From a bacterium (GTDB lineage: Bacteria; Patescibacteriota; Minisyncoccia; Phycocordibacterales; JAKAEA01), in the NCBI GenBank assembly GCA_021818465.1, contig JAKAEA010000001.1, positions 311,712 through 375,711 on the forward strand: 64,000 nt of DNA, written 5' to 3'. A program made the translations under genes and the position numbers. Below the pieces are notes generated by a model. It was not told the DNA's origin, did not search any database, and saw only the letters and a list, made by a program, of their open reading frames with translations. The first letter of the stretch is position 1. The number at the start of each line of letters is the position of its first letter. Shown piece by piece: positions 1 through 9,848 of the stretch.

Positions 1-127
1 CATCGTGTTCGGCAAAATCAACACTGAGCCGTATTAGTTTATCGGTATCAGGTATTTTTTCAGCCGACAGGATTTTACCGGCGCGAATTTCTATTTTTTT
101 GAAATCATCAAAAGATACTAATGACAT
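1..127 (-). CDS. tRNA-binding (Trbp111/CsaA/MetRS C-terminal OB-fold) protein, runs off window edge
   Basis: Manual translation from ATG at 127: MSLVSFDDFKKIEIRAGKILSAEKIPDTDKLIRLSVDFAE, the typical N-terminus of this domain; not in the ORF track. Confidence 0.85.
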   Translation of the reverse strand, partial: MSLVSFDDFKKIEIRAGKILSAEKIPDTDKLIRLSVDFAEHD

Positions 128-144
128 TTTTTTTATGACTATAC

Positions 145-229
145 TGGTGCCCGGAGTGGGGGTCGAACCCACATTCCTTTCGGAACACGATTTTAAGTCG
201 TGCGCGTATACCAATTCCGCCATCCGGGC
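145..229 (-). tRNA. tRNA-Leu(TAA)
   Basis: GCCCGGATGGCGGAATTGGTATACGCG CACGA-CTTAAAA-TCGTG, long variable arm, GGTTCGACCCC, encoded ACCA end. Confidence 0.97.
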
Positions 230-235
230 GTCGTG

Positions 236-309
236 AGGCGTAGGCCGGAGTTGAACCGGCGCATAGCGGTTTTGCAGACCGCCGCGTTAACCAACTTCGC
301 CACTACGCC
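236..309 (-). tRNA. tRNA-Cys(GCA)
   Basis: GGCGTAG...GCGGT-CTGCAAA-ACCGC...GGTTCAACTCC...CTACGCC-T; CCA not encoded. Confidence 0.95.
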
Positions 310-649
310 GTTGTCCTATTTCCCGCTCTTGCTGTGACAACTCATCAAGTCGTTGACGATTCTTTTCGCCAAGGTCAATGACGAATTCGACGCTTGGCAG
401 GAAACGAAGTTTTGCCCGCTCAGCGACGTATGCTCCGAATTCTCTCTTTTTTCGGGATAAAAAGTCAAGAGCTGCTTGTTCACGACTGTTTGGTAGGACG
501 GTGAGTAAAATAGATATCAAGCGGCCATTATTGCTCTCGTGAGCGCTGGTCACGGTGATCAGCGACTGGCCAGCCGATTCACGGTTTATGAATTCGGCGG
601 CTAGTTCGGCAAAAAGTGCTTCGGTTCGCGCGGTTTTGAGAGAGTTCAT
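287..649 (-). CDS. rbfA: ribosome-binding factor A
   Basis: LITVT...LRFLPSVEFVID RbfA pattern, directly downstream of infB. Confidence 0.85.
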   Translation of the reverse strand: MNSLKTARTEALFAELAAEFINRESAGQSLITVTSAHESNNGRLISILLTVLPNSREQAALDFLSRKKREFGAYVAERAKLRFLPSVEFVIDLGEKNRQRLDELSQQEREIGQRRSGEVG

Positions 650-660
650 ACTATGAATAA

Positions 661-2223
661 CTATTTTTCTACAACAATAAAGGCTTCCAAGCGATCACCG
701 GCGGCGATTTCTAATTTTGACTCAACCAACGCGCCAAATTCTTGACCTTCGGGAATTTCGGTCGCTTTATTTTTTTGGCGCTGTAGTTCACGGATGCGAC
801 CACGACCGACATCAAAGTTTCGGCGCATAATTTTAACTTCAGCGCCGAGTTGTATTATACCTGTTTCTACACGCCCGCCAATGATTTGGCGATCGCGTAT
901 TTTGCTGAAAAATTTGAGCACTTTAGCAACGCCGGTTTGCTCATCTACTTTAATTTTAGGTACATGTGCGCTTGCGGTAGCGGCGAGCCACTCTGAAAGT
1001 TTATAAATGACGTCAAAAAGTTCTATAGTAACGCCACTTGTTTGAGCAAGGCCTTTGGCGCTACTAGCAATACCTACATTAAAACCAATAATAATTGTCC
1101 TTTTGTCAGCTACAGCGGTTTTAATATCATTCTCTGTAATGTCACCAATGCTCGCAATAATCGTTTTTAATATGAGGCGATCGTGATGAATTTTTGCGAC
1201 TTCATGTTTAAGAGCTTCTAAGCCACCAATGTCTGCCGCTTTAAGAATAATGGGAAGGATGGCGGTAATGGTTTCTGCTGTATCGTCAGTCTGTGTTTGC
1301 GTAGATGTTACTTTTTTTGCTGTACGTGCTGCTGTATTTTCTTGTGTGTGGCTGATAGCAGCCTCAGCTTCTTTTTTAGAAGGAAAAGTCTGAAAATGAG
1401 TACCAACTGGCGGCAATTCACTCCATCCAAATAGGCGTATCGGACTGGAAAAGGTTGCTTGGCGAATGTGTATGCCCGCAGTGTTTTCCATAAGACGTAC
1501 TGGCGCTAGGCTAGTGCCAGCAACGACGGTGGTGCCGCTGTGTAGGGTGCCATCTTTAATAACCAGTGTCGCAGCAATTCCTTTTTTGCGATCTACCCAC
1601 GATTCAATGATGGTGCCTTCTGCTGGCTTGGTGCTTGTGCCGGAAAGCTCAGCGATGTCTCCCGCAAGATCTATTAGGTCAAGTAATTCAGATACGCCAG
1701 CGCCAGTTTTTGCGGAAATGGCAACCCACGGAACATCACCCCCATATCCTTCAACATATATGTCATGTTCAGCCAAACTTGCTTTGGTGTGTTCAATATC
1801 AGCGCTTTCTTTATCAATTTTATTGATGGCCACGATGAAAGGAATGTTGGCGGCACGAATAGCGTCGCGCGCCTCAATGGTCTGGGGACGCACACCGTCT
1901 TCAGCAGAAACGACAAGAATAGCCACATCTGCTACTTGGGCGCCACGGGAGCGTATCGTGGAAAATGCTTCGTGACCAGGGGTGTCTAAAAAGGTGATGC
2001 GTCGAATCGTGCCATTGACAGTTCGCTCAACTTCGTATGCAGATACTTTTTGTGTAATACCGCCAGCTTCGCCATCGACGATGTTGGTATGACGAATATA
2101 ATCTAGTAGCGTAGATTTTCCATGATCAACATGACCAAGCACAGTCACTACGGGCGGGCGGGCGATTGTGGTTGCGACGGTTGTCGATTTTGTTTTTATG
2201 TGGTTGTTGTTTTTTTCTGACAT
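661..2223 (-). CDS. infB: translation initiation factor IF-2 (short form lacking the long N-terminal region)
   Basis: RPPVVTVLGHVDHGKSTLLD, GGITQ, DTPGHEAF, NKID. Confidence 0.98.
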   Translation of the reverse strand: MSEKNNNHIKTKSTTVATTIARPPVVTVLGHVDHGKSTLLDYIRHTNIVDGEAGGITQKVSAYEVERTVNGTIRRITFLDTPGHEAFSTIRSRGAQVADVAILVVSAEDGVRPQTIEARDAIRAANIPFIVAINKIDKESADIEHTKASLAEHDIYVEGYGGDVPWVAISAKTGAGVSELLDLIDLAGDIAELSGTSTKPAEGTIIESWVDRKKGIAATLVIKDGTLHSGTTVVAGTSLAPVRLMENTAGIHIRQATFSSPIRLFGWSELPPVGTHFQTFPSKKEAEAAISHTQENTAARTAKKVTSTQTQTDDTAETITAILPIILKAADIGGLEALKHEVAKIHHDRLILKTIIASIGDITENDIKTAVADKRTIIIGFNVGIASSAKGLAQTSGVTIELFDVIYKLSEWLAATASAHVPKIKVDEQTGVAKVLKFFSKIRDRQIIGGRVETGIIQLGAEVKIMRRNFDVGRGRIRELQRQKNKATEIPEGQEFGALVESKLEIAAGDRLEAFIVVEK

Positions 2224-2723
2224 ATGCTAATTGCCTCGCGTTCTTCCTGAGACAGCTCTCGTTCGGAAGTAAAACGAGTAACTGGTTTACCAAAGACGCT
2301 GATACGGTCACGGGTATAGAGGCTCGTTACCACAATACCATCACCTTGTTCATTTAGAAACGCCGCACTGAAACTATTGTTGCCGCCGTCACCAGTGCCT
2401 TTAAACGGATTATAACGAACCGTGCCAATGCTTTGCACACTGTTTTTTAAACGATGTTCTACGCTCGTCAAATATTGTCGCATTTCGGTTGTGAATTTTT
2501 TTAATTCTGTAAGATCGGCAGCAGCAGTGATGAGCGCTTTTTCAATTGATACGATCGGTGTTTTGTCGCTATGGTTAAACACCGTGCCAACACTCAGAAG
2601 ACGATTGACCCGACGATAGAGCCAACCAAGACGAAGAAAAATAATGATAAATAAAAGGGCAATAACCACAGCGGCTATTGTAACCAGGTGCTGATTGAGG
2701 GTGGTAGAAATGGTGGTAAACAT
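2196..2723 (-). CDS. DUF4446-like membrane-anchored protein
   Basis: N-terminal TM, coiled coil, VRYNPF...GGNNSFS.A.L...GDGIVVTSLY.R...GKP...ELS.EE; start placed at ATG 2723. Confidence 0.75.
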   Translation of the reverse strand: MFTTISTTLNQHLVTIAAVVIALLFIIIFLRLGWLYRRVNRLLSVGTVFNHSDKTPIVSIEKALITAAADLTELKKFTTEMRQYLTSVEHRLKNSVQSIGTVRYNPFKGTGDGGNNSFSAAFLNEQGDGIVVTSLYTRDRISVFGKPVTRFTSERELSQEEREAISICQKKTTTT

Positions 2724-2853
2724 GGTAAAAATTAAAAACAGTGAAGGAATAAAAAAATTCCTCTGAAAATGTTCTAAAATATTTATGAAGTACCGATACC
2801 AGTAATAATAGTACACAAACGCTTCTTTAGCAAAAATGAGGTAGTATTATTGT

Positions 2854-4068
2854 ATGCGAAAAAAAAGAGTATATCTTGATTATGCTGCAGCGACACCACT
2901 TGATCGGCGTGTCGCTAAAAGTATGCGACCATTTGAGTCGGAAAAATTTGCTAACCCAGCATCAGTTCACAATGAAGGCATTGTAGCTCGTCGAGTAGTT
3001 GCACAAGCTCGAACTGAGGTGGCCCGTCTGCTCAATGTTCGTTCCGAAGAAATTATTTTTACTGGTGGCGGTACTGAAGCTGATAATTTAGCAATCACGG
3101 GAATAGTAGAGAAAGCTCGAGAAAAGGGTATTGCTGCTCCGCATATTATTACCACCAATATAGAACACCCGGCAATTCTTGAAACGTGTCGACGGGTGAC
3201 AAAATGGGGAGGCAGCGTAACATTTGTGCCAGTACAAGCGTCTGGTCTTGTGGATCCGAAACATATTGCCGCAGCACTTAAACCAGAAACAGTTTTGGTT
3301 TCGGTTCAATTAGTAAATAGCGAAATCGGTATTATACAACCGCTCCGCGCTATTGCTACCGTCATCGCAGAATATAAAGCGACACATGGCGATACCCTCA
3401 GTGCATTTAGTGAACTTGGCTACCCATATTTTCATACCGATGCTAGCCAAGCGCCTAATTATCTGGACATATCATTTCAAAAATATGGCGTTGATTTGAT
3501 GACGCTTGATGGAGTCAAAATATATGGCCCAAAGGGAATTGGAGTGTTGGCGATAAAGCGTCAGGTAGCCATAGCGCCAATTATTGTTGGTGGGGGGCAG
3601 GAGCGTGGTATGCGCGCTGGTACGGAAAATGTTCCTGCTATTGTCGGTTTTGCTGCCGCCCTTACGCGCACAGTACAGTTACGTGAAAAAGAAACCGAGC
3701 GATTGCGTGGTTTACAAAAATATTTTATTCAGAATCTGAAAGAAAACTTTCCGAGAAACGTAAGTATTATTAATGATGATTGTCAAAAATCTGTACCAAA
3801 TAATGTTACTATATGTGTTAGGAACGGCCAGGAAGCGGAGCTTTTGGTGGTACGTCTTGATGCGTTGGGGATTGCTTGTTCCGCAGGTAGTGCCTGCACC
3901 AATCTCTCAACAGCGACGTATTCCTATGTAATTGAGGCGCTAGAAACAGCGAGCTTGTCCGTGTTGAACGATTGCAAAAGTTCCTCAATTCGTTTTAGTT
4001 TTGGTCGTGGAACCACGCGACGGGATCTTGATTTGACACTAATCGCTTTGCGTTCTATAATAAAATAG
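2854..4068 (+). CDS. iscS: cysteine desulfurase (IscS/NifS class V PLP enzyme)
   Basis: YLDYAAATP, NPAS.H, FTGGGTEADN, HTDASQ, K.YGPKG, GGGQE.G.RAGTEN, SAGSAC. Confidence 0.93.
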   Translation: MRKKRVYLDYAAATPLDRRVAKSMRPFESEKFANPASVHNEGIVARRVVAQARTEVARLLNVRSEEIIFTGGGTEADNLAITGIVEKAREKGIAAPHIITTNIEHPAILETCRRVTKWGGSVTFVPVQASGLVDPKHIAAALKPETVLVSVQLVNSEIGIIQPLRAIATVIAEYKATHGDTLSAFSELGYPYFHTDASQAPNYLDISFQKYGVDLMTLDGVKIYGPKGIGVLAIKRQVAIAPIIVGGGQERGMRAGTENVPAIVGFAAALTRTVQLREKETERLRGLQKYFIQNLKENFPRNVSIINDDCQKSVPNNVTICVRNGQEAELLVVRLDALGIACSAGSACTNLSTATYSYVIEALETASLSVLNDCKSSSIRFSFGRGTTRRDLDLTLIALRSIIK

Positions 4069-4082
4069 TAACAACAATATCT

Positions 4083-6827
4083 ATGCCACCACTTAATCAC
4101 TTTACTACTAAAGCAAAAGAAGCAATTCGTAAGGCTCATGAGCTGGCTATTGAACGTGGTCAAAATCACGTTAATCCGCTCCACCTCCTTGCCGCTCTCA
4201 TCCTGCAAGAGGAAAGCATGGTCGGTGCTATTTTGGATAAACTAGAGATTGATACCATTTTATTGACTGATTCGTTGATGGAATCCATTGAAGGGCCAGA
4301 AGGCGGTTCTACGCTCAATCCTTCTTATCAAATTTATCTCACCCCCGATCTTGCGCAGGTCATTTCTGATTCCGAGCGTGTAGCCAAGTCACTCAATGAT
4401 GAATTTATTTCTACCGAACATATGTTCGTTGCTATTCTTGACGTGGCTGGTTCGGCGCGTGATTTATTGGCGCGTTTTCGTATTACTCGTGAAGCAGTGG
4501 TGAAGGTGCTGGAAGAATTGCGCGCTAATAAAGTGACTGATGTGCATGCTCCTAAAAAACCGAAGGCACTCGCACGCTATACGCGTTCGCTTACCAAGAT
4601 GGCCGCTGAAAACAAATTGGACCCGGTTATTGGTCGTGACAATGAAATCACGCGCATTATTCAAATTCTCTCACGCCGCACCAAAAATAATCCGATTTTA
4701 ATTGGTGAGGCGGGCGTTGGCAAAACAGCTATTGTCGAGGGCTTAGCGTTGCGTATGGCGCAAGGTGATGTACCAGAATCGCTCAAAGATAAAGAGTTGG
4801 TATCGCTTGATCTTGGCGCATTGGTAGCAGGTACAAAATATCGCGGAGAATTCGAAGAGCGTCTAAAAAATATTTTGAAAGAAATTGAGCGTTCAGCGGG
4901 AAAAGTTATTCTTTTTATTGATGAAATTCACACCATCGTTGGCGCTGGCGCTGCGGAAGGTTCGCTAGACGCATCTAATATGTTAAAACCAGCGTTGGCA
5001 CGCGGTGAGCTTCGTGCTATTGGTGCTACCACGCTTCGGGAATACCAAAAACACATTGAAAAAGATCCAGCCCTGACTCGTCGTTTTCAGCCAGTGCATG
5101 TTAATGAACCGTCGGTAGAAGATACCATTGCTATTTTGCGTGGGCTAAAAGAAAAATATGAGTTGTATCACGGTGTGCGCATCACGGACGACGCTATTAT
5201 TGCCGCTGTTAATCTGTCGTCGCGCTATATCACCGATCGCTACTTGCCCGACAAGGCGGTGGATCTCATTGATGAGTCGGCTTCGTTCTTAAAAATTACT
5301 TTAGAAGATATGCCGCCAGTTCTCCAAGAAACGCATGGAAAAATTATGCGCCTGGAAATTGAACGAGAGGCACTGAAAAAAGAAACTACCAAGGTTGCCA
5401 AAGAGCGCGTTAAAATCATTGATCAAGAAATTGCTAACCTGAAAGAGCAAACGGCAGAAATAGAGCTTAAGTGGAAAAATGAAAAGGAAACGCTCGGTGA
5501 AATCAAGCAAATTAAAAAAGATCTTGAAACGTCGCGCTTGGAAGCAGAAAATGCCGAAGCGCACGCTGATCTCGGCAAGGCCGCAGAAATTCGCTATGGC
5601 AAAATTCCTCAGCTTGAAAAAAATATGGATACTAAATTGAAACGCTTGAAGAAATTGCAAAGCTCGCGACGAATTTTGAAAGAAGAAATTACCCAAGAAG
5701 ATGTTGCTGATGTGGTGTCACGATGGACGGGTATTCCCGTGGCGCGCATGCTTGAAGGTGAAGCAGAAAAACTCGGTCGCATGGAAGAAGTATTGACGCA
5801 GCGCATTGTTGGTCAAGACGATGCGGTGCGGAAGATTGCTGATACGGTGAAGCGTTCACGTGCCGGTATTAGCGACCCTAATCGTCCCATCGGCTCATTT
5901 ATTTTTTTGGGTCCGACGGGTGTTGGTAAAACCGAGCTCACTAAAGCGCTCGCCGAATTTATGTTTGATGATGAGAAGGCGCTTGTGCGTGTGGACATGT
6001 CCGAATTTATGGAAAAACATTCAGTTTCCAAATTAATTGGCGCGCCAGCCGGCTATGTTGGGTACGAAGAGGGTGGTAATTTTACCGAGCTCATTCGCCA
6101 TCGTCCGTATTCCGTCATCTTGCTTGATGAAATTGAAAAAGCACATCCGGAAGTCTTTAATGTGCTCCTGCAAGTGTTGGATAACGGTCAATTAACCGAT
6201 GCAAAAGGCCGCAAGGTTAATTTTCGCAACACTATCATTATTATGACCTCGAACCTTGGTGCCAACTACATTGATAAGATGCAGAAATTTGGCTTCGGTA
6301 CGCTCGATCGAGAAACCGCTGGTTCTAAACAAGATTCTCCGGTGGTTGATCGTGCCGACTATGAACAAATTAAAGATCGAGTACTTGAATCGTTGCGCGA
6401 ATTTTTCCGTCCAGAATTTCTTAATCGTATCGATGACATTATTATCTTTGATATTTTGAATCGCGAAGCAATTCGTAAAATCGTGGAAATTCAGGTCGGT
6501 TTGGTTAAAGAGCGTTTGGCAACGAAAGAAATTACGCTAGATATTTCTGCAGATGTGTATGACTACCTTGCCCGTCAAGGCTACAATCCACAATACGGTG
6601 CGCGCCCACTTAAGCGACTCATTCAAAATAAAATTTTAACACCAGTAGCATCCCTCATGATATCGAAAGGTATTATGCGCGGTGGCGTTGTAAAAGTCAG
6701 CCTGAAAGATGCGAACAGTGCCGAGTTTGTCTTTGATGTTAAAAAAGGTAAGAAGGGGAGTTTGCTACGAGAAGACCTCCTGGATACTACACTAACTGCT
6801 TCTGCTCCACAGAGTGTAGGGAAATAG
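4083..6827 (+). CDS. clpB: ATP-dependent chaperone ClpB
   Basis: Clp N-domain, two AAA+ modules ([16 protein letters not shown]), middle coiled coil with AAEIRYG. Confidence 0.95.
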   Translation: MPPLNHFTTKAKEAIRKAHELAIERGQNHVNPLHLLAALILQEESMVGAILDKLEIDTILLTDSLMESIEGPEGGSTLNPSYQIYLTPDLAQVISDSERVAKSLNDEFISTEHMFVAILDVAGSARDLLARFRITREAVVKVLEELRANKVTDVHAPKKPKALARYTRSLTKMAAENKLDPVIGRDNEITRIIQILSRRTKNNPILIGEAGVGKTAIVEGLALRMAQGDVPESLKDKELVSLDLGALVAGTKYRGEFEERLKNILKEIERSAGKVILFIDEIHTIVGAGAAEGSLDASNMLKPALARGELRAIGATTLREYQKHIEKDPALTRRFQPVHVNEPSVEDTIAILRGLKEKYELYHGVRITDDAIIAAVNLSSRYITDRYLPDKAVDLIDESASFLKITLEDMPPVLQETHGKIMRLEIEREALKKETTKVAKERVKIIDQEIANLKEQTAEIELKWKNEKETLGEIKQIKKDLETSRLEAENAEAHADLGKAAEIRYGKIPQLEKNMDTKLKRLKKLQSSRRILKEEITQEDVADVVSRWTGIPVARMLEGEAEKLGRMEEVLTQRIVGQDDAVRKIADTVKRSRAGISDPNRPIGSFIFLGPTGVGKTELTKALAEFMFDDEKALVRVDMSEFMEKHSVSKLIGAPAGYVGYEEGGNFTELIRHRPYSVILLDEIEKAHPEVFNVLLQVLDNGQLTDAKGRKVNFRNTIIIMTSNLGANYIDKMQKFGFGTLDRETAGSKQDSPVVDRADYEQIKDRVLESLREFFRPEFLNRIDDIIIFDILNREAIRKIVEIQVGLVKERLATKEITLDISADVYDYLARQGYNPQYGARPLKRLIQNKILTPVASLMISKGIMRGGVVKVSLKDANSAEFVFDVKKGKKGSLLREDLLDTTLTASAPQSVGK

Positions 6828-7317
6828 TGCGTTCATCTGTTGTTTGAGAGGCTTCTAGTTTAGGATGCCAAAAAATAGATTCAATGTTGCGCGTTGCAGA
6901 TTGTAGGGAGTGTTTGTTTGGACAGCCGGTTTTTTGGTCGTTGCTAATAGCGTTGCCGTTTCCAATGTAAAAACCGATGTGACGGTGTAATTCGCCGCCG
7001 CTAAAAGCGGCATTCTCCCATACTACAACACTACCAATGGGCGGCTCGTGTGCGGCTGGCACTTCGTGCCAGCCGCTTTCTTGAAGATCCTTCACCGTGG
7101 AGCTAACCACCGCGTGTGATTTCTTTATTAGTCCAAGTGCAGCGAGTACCGATGACACGAAATATGCGCAGGAAAGCTCGCCATCATGACTGACATCAGT
7201 CACGACATTGTCCACTTCAGCGTACAAATTTCGGTACATTCTGGTGCCAATGCTGTTGTTGATAACTGCTAGATAGCTATCCCGTAATAAGAATTTAACC
7301 GAGGGCTTTTTGTTCAT
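6787..7317 (-). CDS. NlpC/P60/CHAP-like (papain-fold) putative amidase
   Basis: SCAYFVSSVL catalytic-Cys motif and GSVVVW...HIGFYIG His motif. Confidence 0.55.
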   Translation of the reverse strand: MNKKPSVKFLLRDSYLAVINNSIGTRMYRNLYAEVDNVVTDVSHDGELSCAYFVSSVLAALGLIKKSHAVVSSTVKDLQESGWHEVPAAHEPPIGSVVVWENAAFSGGELHRHIGFYIGNGNAISNDQKTGCPNKHSLQSATRNIESIFWHPKLEASQTTDERTISLHSVEQKQLV

Positions 7318-7339
7318 ATGTTAATTATACTATGTGGGG

Positions 7340-7423
7340 TGCGCAGGGAGGGATTTGAACCCCCGTAGCCCGTAGGGCGCCTGATTTACAGTCAGGTGCA
7401 ATTGACCACTCTGCCACCTGCGC
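7340..7423 (-). tRNA. tRNA-Tyr(GTA)
   Basis: GCGCAGG...CCTGA-CTGTAAA-TCAGG, long variable arm, GGTTCAAATCC...CCTGCGC-A. Confidence 0.96.
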
Positions 7424-7486
7424 ATATGTGCCTAAGCAAGCTTGTATTCTAGTCGTAAAAGCAGTTATAATCAAGTCTCCTTAATT

Positions 7487-8365
7487 ATGTATACAACATA
7501 TTGCTGGCTGAACGGGAAAATTTTGCCGACTAGGGAAGCGAGTGTAAATGTCCTGGACATCGGGCTCATGCGTGGCTACGCTATCTATGAAGCGCTTACT
7601 ACGTATGGCGGTACGCCATTTATGTTGGCTGACCACCTAGCACGCTTTCGTCAATCAGCTAAAGCTATGAAGCTCGATGTGCTGGCGAGTGATGAGGAAA
7701 TTACGGCGGCCATCAGCGAGCTTGTTGCCCGCAATGGTTTCAAAGAAACGAACATCAAATTTATTTTGACCGGCGGTACAACGATCTCGGGTATAGAATA
7801 TGTACCTGGCCATTCAGTTTTCTATATTCTCGCAGAAGAATTTGTGCCACTAGAGAAAAGATTCGTGGAACACGGTTGTAAACTCATCACGCACGAATTT
7901 CAGCGTCAGTATCCTGGTTACAAAACAACAAACTACATTACCGGGGTTATGTTACAGCCGGCGCGTAAAGCTGCCGGTGCTCTGGAGGTACTTTTTACGT
8001 GGCAGGGTAAGGTGTCCGAATGTGCGACGAGTAATTTTTTTATCGTTAAGAATGGCACGATTGTGACACCAATCGACGGCATTTTATTTGGTATTACTCG
8101 CAAGGTGGTGTTGAGTTTAGCGCGCACGGCCAGTATGCCAATAGAAGAGCGCGATATTACTACAGATGAGCTTACTACAGCCGACGAAGCATTCATTACA
8201 TCGAGCTTTAAGGAGGTGGTGCCGGTGGTGCATATTAACGATGACATAATTGGTGATGGTCGTGTTGGGCCAATGACGCAAAAAATCATACAGCTTTTCA
8301 AAGAATTTTCTCGAGAAGAATCAGTGGCAATCTCTAATATGCATGTGGCAAGCGCCATGTCCTAA
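7487..8365 (+). CDS. class IV PLP aminotransferase (IlvE/D-amino-acid aminotransferase-like)
   Basis: GLMRGYAIYE, HLARF, K.TNY, E..TSNFF, IL.GITR, ADEAFITSS, G.VGP.T. Confidence 0.9.
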   Translation: MYTTYCWLNGKILPTREASVNVLDIGLMRGYAIYEALTTYGGTPFMLADHLARFRQSAKAMKLDVLASDEEITAAISELVARNGFKETNIKFILTGGTTISGIEYVPGHSVFYILAEEFVPLEKRFVEHGCKLITHEFQRQYPGYKTTNYITGVMLQPARKAAGALEVLFTWQGKVSECATSNFFIVKNGTIVTPIDGILFGITRKVVLSLARTASMPIEERDITTDELTTADEAFITSSFKEVVPVVHINDDIIGDGRVGPMTQKIIQLFKEFSREESVAISNMHVASAMS

Positions 8366-8420
8366 CACTTGCTTTTTTTAGCCAAATGTAGTATTTTTTT
8401 CTAACTAATCACATTTACGT

Positions 8421-8579
8421 ATGTCCCAAGATCGCCTCATTAAGCTCGCCTGTCAAAATTGTAAGCGCATCAACTACTGGAGCAGCAAAAATAAGCGCAA
8501 AGTAGAGCGTAAAATTGAGCTCAAAAAGTACTGCGCCTGGTGCCGCAAGAAGACCACCCACAAGGAGGTCAAAAAATAA
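8421..8579 (+). CDS. rpmG: 50S ribosomal protein L33 (Zn-binding form)
   Basis: Manual translation: MSQDRLIKLACQNCKRINYWSSKNKRKVERKIELKKYCAWCRKKTTHKEVKK; below the ORF-track size cut-off. Confidence 0.97.
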   Translation: MSQDRLIKLACQNCKRINYWSSKNKRKVERKIELKKYCAWCRKKTTHKEVKK

Positions 8580-8619
8580 TTAGTTGAATTGTCGGTGGCG
8601 GCGTTCTATTATTGCCGCT

Positions 8620-9807
8620 ATGGAGCCGCTCGCCTCAAAATTAAGACCCACAAAACTGGCTGATTTCGTTGGTCAGGAGCACTTGGTGGGGAAAGGTAAA
8701 CCACTGGCGCTGGCTATCGCCGACAAGCGTCTTTTTTCCTTCATTTTATGGGGGCCGCCGGGAACAGGTAAGACGACCTTGGCGCGCATCTACGCCAACG
8801 CTCTGAATGCTCATCTCTACGAACTTTCGGCAGTATCGGCCGGTAAGGAAGATATCCGCGCCATCGTGGAAGATCGCAGTATTCTGGACCAGCGGCCCAA
8901 GGTGCTTTTTCTAGATGAGATTCATCGATTCAATAAAGCTCAGCAAGATTTTCTATTGCCCTATGTGGAGAGCGGCGTCCTCTCGCTCGTTGGCGCCACC
9001 ACCGAGAACCCGAGTTTTGAGGTGATTCCGGCGCTCTTGTCGCGTTGCCGAGTGTTTGTACTGAACGAACTCTCGGAGGAAGAGATGGAGAAGATTATCA
9101 TTCGCGCGGCAAGAAATCTTAAAATAAAAATCAACAAAAAGGCGCGCGCATGGCTCGCTGCTATGGCCAACGGCGACGCCCGACAAGCTATCACTGTTTT
9201 AGAAAACGCCCACCAACTTTATGGCGCGACGCTGACTGTTGCCGCGCTACAAGAAACTATTCAGAGCAAATTTTTGCGTTTTGATAAGAAGGGTGAGGAG
9301 CACTACAACGTGATTAGCGCGTTTATAAAGAGCATGCGAGCCGGCGATGCCGACGCTGCGCTCTACTACATGGCGCGGATGCTCGACGCCGGCGAAGACC
9401 CGAAGTTTATCGCTCGGCGAATGGTGGTATTTGCCTCGGAGGATATTGGCCTGGCTCAACCGACGGCCTTGGTGGTGGCTAACGACGTCTTTCGGGCGGT
9501 AGAGACTATTGGCTTGCCGGAGTGCGCCATCAATCTTGCTCATGGTGTTTGCTATCTCGCGGGTGCGCCGAAAAGTCGCCACTCCTACGACGCTCTTCAA
9601 GCCGCCCAAGCTGATGTTAAACAGCACGGCAACCTGCCGGTGCCGCTGCGTCTCCGGAATGCGCCAACCAAGCTTATGAAAGACCTCGGTTATCACGAAG
9701 GCTACGAAAAATATGGTAAAGAAAGCTACCTGCCGGAGCGACTTGCTAAAATCGACAGAAAATACTTGAAGTACAATAAAGATAAAAAAGAGAAGGGTAA
9801 TAAATAA
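8620..9807 (+). CDS. rarA: replication-associated recombination protein A (MgsA)
   Basis: PLA..LRP, GPPGTGKTT, FLDEIHRFNKAQQD, GATTENPSF, ISAFIKS.R, ASEDIG. Confidence 0.95.
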   Translation: MEPLASKLRPTKLADFVGQEHLVGKGKPLALAIADKRLFSFILWGPPGTGKTTLARIYANALNAHLYELSAVSAGKEDIRAIVEDRSILDQRPKVLFLDEIHRFNKAQQDFLLPYVESGVLSLVGATTENPSFEVIPALLSRCRVFVLNELSEEEMEKIIIRAARNLKIKINKKARAWLAAMANGDARQAITVLENAHQLYGATLTVAALQETIQSKFLRFDKKGEEHYNVISAFIKSMRAGDADAALYYMARMLDAGEDPKFIARRMVVFASEDIGLAQPTALVVANDVFRAVETIGLPECAINLAHGVCYLAGAPKSRHSYDALQAAQADVKQHGNLPVPLRLRNAPTKLMKDLGYHEGYEKYGKESYLPERLAKIDRKYLKYNKDKKEKGNK

Positions 9808-9835
9808 AAAAGCCATCTGATCTAATCAGATGGCT
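9806..9835 (-). terminator. intrinsic terminator between convergent rarA and MazG-like gene
   Basis: AGCCATCTGA-TCTAA-TCAGATGGCT 10-bp stem, U-tract on the minus strand. Confidence 0.8.
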
Positions 9836-9848
9836 GGTATGTAGTGTG

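Noticed and set aside
661-2223. Short IF-2 as a truncation or pseudogene
   Set aside because: G-domain and C-terminal domains are complete; loss of the N-terminal region is common in reduced genomes
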